From the NCBI GenBank assembly GCA_045613785.1, contig JAZLBQ010000012.1, positions 1 through 64,000 on the forward strand: a stretch of DNA of 64,000 bases, in the 5' to 3' direction. The number at the start of each line of letters is the position of its first letter. Positions within the stretch are counted from its first letter, which is position 1. Made by a program: the position numbers and the translations under genes. Shown here in pieces: positions 56,768 to 64,000 of the stretch. A model generated the notes under the pieces. That model was not told the origin of the DNA. It made no database searches and saw only the letters and a list, made by a program, of their open reading frames with translations. This stretch comes from Candidatus Enterousia sp. (GTDB lineage: Bacteria > Pseudomonadota > Alphaproteobacteria > Rs-D84).

Positions 56768-57440
56768 ACTGCACAGAACACGTTTATTATTTGGTGATGT
56801 CGCCACAGAAAGACTAGCAAACTCGACTGTTATGGTTGTAGGATGTGGTGCTGTTGGTTCTTTTGCGATAGAGGCACTGGCTCGTTCCGGTATTGGTCAT
56901 CTGGTTATTGTAGATTTTGATGTGGTTGAAAAATCTAACATAAACCGCCAACTGTTCGCCCTGGAATCCACTCTTGGACAACCAAAGGTTGTCGTCGCTG
57001 CTGCTCGTATTCACGATATCTGTCCTGACATTCAGATAACTGCATTAAATATGTTTTTTGATTCAGAATCTGAAATATCTGTTCGACCTGATTTTATTAT
57101 TGATGCGATTGATACCGTTCCGTCCAAGGTTGCTTTATATCAATGGGCGGCCAAGCATAATATTCCGTTGATTTCCAGTATGGGGGCTGCGTCCAAGACC
57201 GACCCAACCCAGGTAAAAATAGCCCCGATTTCAAAAACATCTGTTTGTCCACTGGCATCACGTGTTCGCAAGTCTGTTCGTGAATTGAATTTACCTGATT
57301 GTCCTGTGGTTTTTTCTACAGAAAAGCCAGTCCTTGTTGTTGGTCATGCCAAGAATCTGGGGTCTATAATAACAGTGACAGGCACATTTGGTCTGATTCT
57401 AGCAAATCATGTAATTCAGAAAATAATCCGGGATATTTAG
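56760..57440 (+). CDS. tcdA: tRNA threonylcarbamoyladenosine dehydratase (ThiF family)
   Basis: GCGAVGS, SNINRQL, DAID, SSMGAA, CPLA. Confidence 0.9.
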   Translation: MDRLHRTRLLFGDVATERLANSTVMVVGCGAVGSFAIEALARSGIGHLVIVDFDVVEKSNINRQLFALESTLGQPKVVVAAARIHDICPDIQITALNMFFDSESEISVRPDFIIDAIDTVPSKVALYQWAAKHNIPLISSMGAASKTDPTQVKIAPISKTSVCPLASRVRKSVRELNLPDCPVVFSTEKPVLVVGHAKNLGSIITVTGTFGLILANHVIQKIIRDI

Positions 57441-57498
57441 TTTTGACATCTATCCAGTTTTTGCTGTAAAATAACATAGAAAATAAACGGAGGGATAA

Positions 57499-58245
57499 AT
57501 GAAACTGATAAACAAGTTAAAGACAATTCCAGGAATTTGGCTGTCTATATTGGCGATTGGTGTTGCCTTGGGTGGATTTTTTATTGGAAACGGATTTTAT
57601 CGTGCTCTTTCTGTTCGCACTGTTACTGTCAAGGGCTTGGCGGAACGTGATGTTGTTGCGGACACTGCGGTATGGAATATCAAGATAAACGGTGTAGGTG
57701 GCGATTTAGCGGAATTGCAACAGCGTATTGATAACAATATTTCCCAAATTCATAGTTTTTTGATTGATTCTGGTTTTTCTGCATCTGACATTCAGAATTT
57801 GCGTGTTCAGGTTCGTGATAAATACGCAGGCTATTCTGATGCAGAATTAAAGAATCAGCAAAACGATGGTCGCTATGTCATTGAAACTGGTGTCAAGGTT
57901 CGTTCGAACAATGTTGAGTTAGTTGATGCTGTCTCTCGCCGTATGGGAGAATTGGTTCGCCAAGGCATCACCATAACCGAAGATTATGCAGGTCCAATTT
58001 ATATATTTAATGGATTGAACGACATAAAAATATCGATGATAGAGCAGGCGACCAAAAACGCCACCGCTGCTGGACAGCAATTTGCCAAAGATGCTGATGC
58101 ACGCCTGGGCAAAATTAAAAGTGCCAACCAGGGTGTATTCAGTATTGAATCACGTGATCCTACTGATTCCTGGTCATCCAATGAACGTCAGGCAATAAAC
58201 AAAAAGGTTCGTGTTGTTGCAACGATAACTTTCTATCTGAAATAG
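57499..58245 (+). CDS. SIMPL/DUF541 domain protein
   Basis: VTVKGLAERDVVAD, A..FAKD....LGKIKSANQG.FSI, KKVRVV. Confidence 0.9.
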   Translation: MKLINKLKTIPGIWLSILAIGVALGGFFIGNGFYRALSVRTVTVKGLAERDVVADTAVWNIKINGVGGDLAELQQRIDNNISQIHSFLIDSGFSASDIQNLRVQVRDKYAGYSDAELKNQQNDGRYVIETGVKVRSNNVELVDAVSRRMGELVRQGITITEDYAGPIYIFNGLNDIKISMIEQATKNATAAGQQFAKDADARLGKIKSANQGVFSIESRDPTDSWSSNERQAINKKVRVVATITFYLK

Positions 58246-58449
58246 TTAAAAGAATTGTAAACCAAGCCCCTTTTAGGGGCTTTTTTATTAGAATAATATG
58301 CGGCAACATGTTCCAGAAAACACAATAAAAACAAAGGCTAAGAACGTATTCCTAATGTGCTTATTCAGGTTGCAAGGTTTTGAAAAAGTGGTTATAATAC
58401 TATTGTCTTATCACAAGACATATTAAACCTTGAAAAGGAGAAAAAAGAG

Positions 58450-58665
58450 ATGAGAGGACTAACGAACTATGTTCTTATACCATTGACGTTTATCGGTGCT
58501 CTGAACTGGGGCTTGATTGGAATCTTTGGTTTTGACTTGGTCGCATTTTTGTTTGGCCCTGCAACATTGGCCAGCAACATTGTTTATGCAATAATCGGTA
58601 TTGCTGCACTGATATGGTTGATATGGATGTTTATCGACAGACCAGCCCCACGCAATGACCGTTAA
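58450..58665 (+). CDS. DUF378 family small membrane protein
   Basis: IGALNWGLIGIFGFDLVA, IVYAIIG. Confidence 0.92.
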   Translation: MRGLTNYVLIPLTFIGALNWGLIGIFGFDLVAFLFGPATLASNIVYAIIGIAALIWLIWMFIDRPAPRNDR

Positions 58666-58722
58666 AAATAAAAAATATATTTCAGTTTCATGTCCACGCC
58701 CCACGAAAATCAGGGGCGTTTT

Positions 58723-60777
<2,055 letters not shown>

Positions 60778-61419
60778 TTACAAGCCGAATTTGTAAACAG
60801 CCCCGAAATAGACTTCGGTTGCATCAACATCTGTGATTGCAAATTCTTTGTTGTTTAATTGATGTTCTATTTCGCCATAGTATTGATATTTTACGCCCAG
60901 ATTCAGGTCAATTCTGTCATTTAATGCAAAATTTACACCAATCATCGCACTGTATGTCAAATCGAACACAGAATCAGACAAATGCCCATAAGGTGCATTG
61001 ACATCACCCCAAATTGTTGCAAATCCGATTCCGACACCTGCGTATGGTGCAATAGTCCCAGCATATTCTTGGAACAGATAGAAATTCAGCATATTTGCCC
61101 AAACGTCGAAATTGAAATCTGTTGTTCGTTTTGTTTGTTTTGCCCCGGTATAAAGTGTTTCGAATTCAATTTTTGCAAAATCGCTTAGACGATTTCCAAC
61201 GACTGCCCCGAATCCAAAGTTGTCTTTACGAACGGTAGAATTTCCGCCGTCGTGAATATCGTATTTGAACGAAACTCTTTCGTTTTTATGAAGGCGAATT
61301 CCGACATAATTATCCCGACGTTCGGTTGTTGTAATTCCCGAATCGTATTCATCCCAGTAATCATCTGCGAACGCAGGCACTGCCAACAAGCAAGCCAAAA
61401 CACATACTAATTTTTTCAT
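60778..61419 (-). CDS. Outer membrane beta-barrel protein (opacity/OmpA-TM like)
   Basis: Signal peptide; PYAGVGIG; C-terminal YKF beta-signal. Confidence 0.85.
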   Translation of the reverse strand: MKKLVCVLACLLAVPAFADDYWDEYDSGITTTERRDNYVGIRLHKNERVSFKYDIHDGGNSTVRKDNFGFGAVVGNRLSDFAKIEFETLYTGAKQTKRTTDFNFDVWANMLNFYLFQEYAGTIAPYAGVGIGFATIWGDVNAPYGHLSDSVFDLTYSAMIGVNFALNDRIDLNLGVKYQYYGEIEHQLNNKEFAITDVDATEVYFGAVYKFGL

Positions 61420-61485
61420 ATTCCCCAACCCTTGTTTTTAATGCTATGATTATAATTATAAATACTAGCAAAACGCAAGGTGTTT

Positions 61486-63285
61486 ATGTTAAAATACCCA
61501 TTACAGGGGGAAAGATTGCCACGTAAAGCATTGAGCGATATCGAACAAGACAAGCCAAAGCCGTCTTTAAAACGGCGTTTGTTGATATGGTTTTTCAACC
61601 TGATTTTGTTGTCGGGTGTGGCTGTATGTGCATACGTTTCAATAATATATTTGCGAATGCCGTCTTTGGATTCTATTTTACACGAAACCAGACCGGCGGC
61701 GATTGTTTTTCTGGACAGTTCTGGAAATGAAATCCGCAGTGCCAATCGTATAATGGGAACGCCTGTTTCGACTGAAACCTTGCCTGCCCACGTATGGCAG
61801 TCAATTGTTGCCATCGAAGACAAACGCTTTTTTCAACACGGTCCAATTGACGCCCGTGGTATAACCCGTGCGGTATTTTCAAATTTGGCATCTGGTCGTA
61901 TTGCGTCAGGCGGTTCGACAATAACCCAGCAGACGGCCAAAAACATATTTCTTTCACGTGAAAAAAAGATTTCCCGCAAAGTCCAAGAGCTAATATTGTC
62001 CTACTGGCTAGAAAATAGATTTACCAAGAATCAGGTCTTGGATTTATACATGAATCGTGTTTCATTGGTTGGCGGGTTGCGTGGGATTGATGCTGCCTCA
62101 CGTGCGATGTTTGGTATTCCTGCGACAAAAATGTCCATTGCTCAATCTGCCCAAATTGCCGCAATGTTAAAAGCACCAACAACATACAGTCCTCTTCGTA
62201 ATCCTGAAAAAAATATTGCCCGTGCAAAAACTGTTTTAAAAGAAATGGTTCGCCAGGGTTATATCACATTGCCCCAGGCACGTCTGGCGGCACAAAGCCT
62301 AAAGCCAGCGGTGCCAACAAATGACACAAATTTATACCGGTATTGGACAGACTTTATAATGGACGAAATGCGTTCTACATTAGGTGCGTTTGAAACAGAT
62401 ATGTATGTTCATACAACGCTGGATACAGAATTACAAGACCGTATTGCCGTAGTTTTGCCAAAACATGTTGGTAATTACCAGGGGGCGGTTGTTGCAATGA
62501 ATCCCGATGGTGCAATTCGTGCAATGTCAGGTGGTTCTGATTACCAGGCCAGCCAATTTAACCGCACAACAGCCCCACGTCAACCGGGCAGTGCTTTCAA
62601 GCCTGTTGTATATCTAGTTGCACTGGAAAATGGTATGTTGCCTGACAGTTATGTAAATGATTCACCGTTTGCGATTGGCGACTATAACCCAAAGAATTAT
62701 AATCAGCGTTATTATGGTGATATTTCATTGGCAACAGCCTTTGCCAAAAGTGTAAATTCTGTGCCGTTAAAACTAACAGAATTATATGGAATTGATTCTG
62801 TGTTGTCTATGGCAGGACGGCTGGGGGTTGGGACAAAGTTGCGTCGTGAATATTCGACCGTGCTTGGTGCTTCGGAAATGAGTCTTTTAGACCTGACAAA
62901 CATTTACGCAGTAATATGGAACAATGGGCAATCTGTTCGGCCATATTCAATTACAAAAATCACTGATATGACCGGCCATATTATATATGAACGCAATCCG
63001 TCTGACCCGATTGTGATTTTGCAACCCAGCACGATAGAGGCGATGACTGCACTGCTGGCAGACGTGGTTGCCCCCGGTGGCACTGGCGGTCGTGCCAGAA
63101 CGCCGGACGTTTTAGGTGGAAAAACAGGAACCAGCAACGAAAATCGTGATGCGTGGTTTGTTGGTGCAGTGCCAAATCTGGTCATCGGTGTTTGGGTTGG
63201 CAATGACGATTTTGCACCGATGGATTCTGGTGTGACAGGTGGAACAATTCCCGCTGAAATATTTCACGACATAATTATAAAATAG
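61486..63285 (+). CDS. Class A penicillin-binding protein (PBP1A family)
   Basis: EDKRF, GGSTITQQTAK, RK..E, SAFK, SVN, KTGT. Confidence 0.95.
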   Translation: MLKYPLQGERLPRKALSDIEQDKPKPSLKRRLLIWFFNLILLSGVAVCAYVSIIYLRMPSLDSILHETRPAAIVFLDSSGNEIRSANRIMGTPVSTETLPAHVWQSIVAIEDKRFFQHGPIDARGITRAVFSNLASGRIASGGSTITQQTAKNIFLSREKKISRKVQELILSYWLENRFTKNQVLDLYMNRVSLVGGLRGIDAASRAMFGIPATKMSIAQSAQIAAMLKAPTTYSPLRNPEKNIARAKTVLKEMVRQGYITLPQARLAAQSLKPAVPTNDTNLYRYWTDFIMDEMRSTLGAFETDMYVHTTLDTELQDRIAVVLPKHVGNYQGAVVAMNPDGAIRAMSGGSDYQASQFNRTTAPRQPGSAFKPVVYLVALENGMLPDSYVNDSPFAIGDYNPKNYNQRYYGDISLATAFAKSVNSVPLKLTELYGIDSVLSMAGRLGVGTKLRREYSTVLGASEMSLLDLTNIYAVIWNNGQSVRPYSITKITDMTGHIIYERNPSDPIVILQPSTIEAMTALLADVVAPGGTGGRARTPDVLGGKTGTSNENRDAWFVGAVPNLVIGVWVGNDDFAPMDSGVTGGTIPAEIFHDIIIK

Positions 63286-63317
63286 TCTGTTGTCGGACAA
63301 AATAAAAAGGGTAAACA

Positions 63318-64000
63318 ATGTCAAAAACAAAAAAAATAAAAAATGCCCAGTTGCCAAAGTCGCTGTGGAAATTTTATTTTCGTTATGCGGTTCACGGATC
63401 AAAAGGGGCACTGATTGCCTGGGGAATATTCTTTTTTATCGTGGCCATGGACGGTGTGTTGTTTCCTAATTTTCAACGCTGGTTTATTGCACTGTTTGAA
63501 AACCCTGTGCCAAATGGTATGACGTTTATTCAGCATGCACTACCAACAATTATTTTTATTACTTCATTGTTGTTGCTGATTGATGTCAGTGCATTATTTC
63601 GTGGAATGTTTCATGCTCGTTGGTCTGCTCCGACCAAGAATCGTATATCGGTTGTTTTGAACGATTATGTTCACTCTCAGTCGATGTCATTTTGGACAGG
63701 TCGTATGTCTGGCAAGGTGCACGCTCAAATTTTGTATGTGTCAGACGGGTTTCAAGCTGTCGAAGATTTTTGGCGTATTGTCTGTATGATGGCAGTTGTA
63801 TTTATAAATGTTGGCTTGATTTTATCAATCAATACCTATGTTGCAGTAATTTTTGGTATCGTCTTTGTGTTCCGTGCATTATACAGTTGGGCGATGGTAA
63901 AGCCTATGAACCGTGCGTCCAAAGATGCATCTGCCGCATCCAGTGAATTGTCTGGGCGTAATGTTGACAGTATTTCGAATTTTTCTGTTGTAAAATTATT
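63318..64000 (+). CDS. ABC exporter, N-terminal transmembrane domain (runs off window)
   Basis: Hand-translated MSKTKKIKNAQLPKSLWKFY...; SMSFWTGRMSGK and LSGRNVDSISNFSVVKL are typical of ABC-TM1 domains. Confidence 0.8.
   Translation, partial: MSKTKKIKNAQLPKSLWKFYFRYAVHGSKGALIAWGIFFFIVAMDGVLFPNFQRWFIALFENPVPNGMTFIQHALPTIIFITSLLLLIDVSALFRGMFHARWSAPTKNRISVVLNDYVHSQSMSFWTGRMSGKVHAQILYVSDGFQAVEDFWRIVCMMAVVFINVGLILSINTYVAVIFGIVFVFRALYSWAMVKPMNRASKDASAASSELSGRNVDSISNFSVVKL

Overview
This window is mostly core chromosome of a Gram-negative bacterium. The gene set (fabI, rne, recG, groES-groEL, tilS-ftsH, bamD, murJ, rlpA, era, queA, tgt, lysS, rpsD, xerC, trpS, alaS, HU, RNase J, IHF, ligA, PBP1A) and the compact layout suggest an alphaproteobacterium, possibly a host-associated Rs-D84/'Ca. 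Enterousia'-like lineage; that placement is inference only. Each of the three tRNA genes has accessory DNA beside it. (1) tRNA-Asn (24..99) carries a ~3.6 kb integrase-less island bounded by a 45-bp direct repeat of the tRNA 5' half, and the island supplies a replacement promoter. Its cargo includes a 49-aa membrane peptide missed by the ORF track and an adjacent 353-aa LPO_1073/Vpar_1526-like protein. These two share the motif Q-x-AGDNS-x-Q-x-Q at their facing termini, an architecture reminiscent of amyloid-signalling effector/receptor pairs, and this is the best candidate for a new system. (2) tRNA-Gly is followed by a convergent type II restriction-modification pair. (3) tRNA-Arg(CCT) is followed by a 121-bp tandem repeat built from its 3' end. 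About ten unrelated lineage-specific proteins end in a basic tail with a terminal Arg (KTR, KNR, KAR, NTR, LQR, NHR), suggesting a C-terminal sorting or secretion signal. Other observations are a candidate leader-peptide attenuator before a class II lysS, a divergent RelA/SpoT-like protein downstream of lysS, structured leaders on both RNase E and RNase J, and an AlaRS lacking C-Ala. All family calls come from reading motifs by eye; no database search was run.
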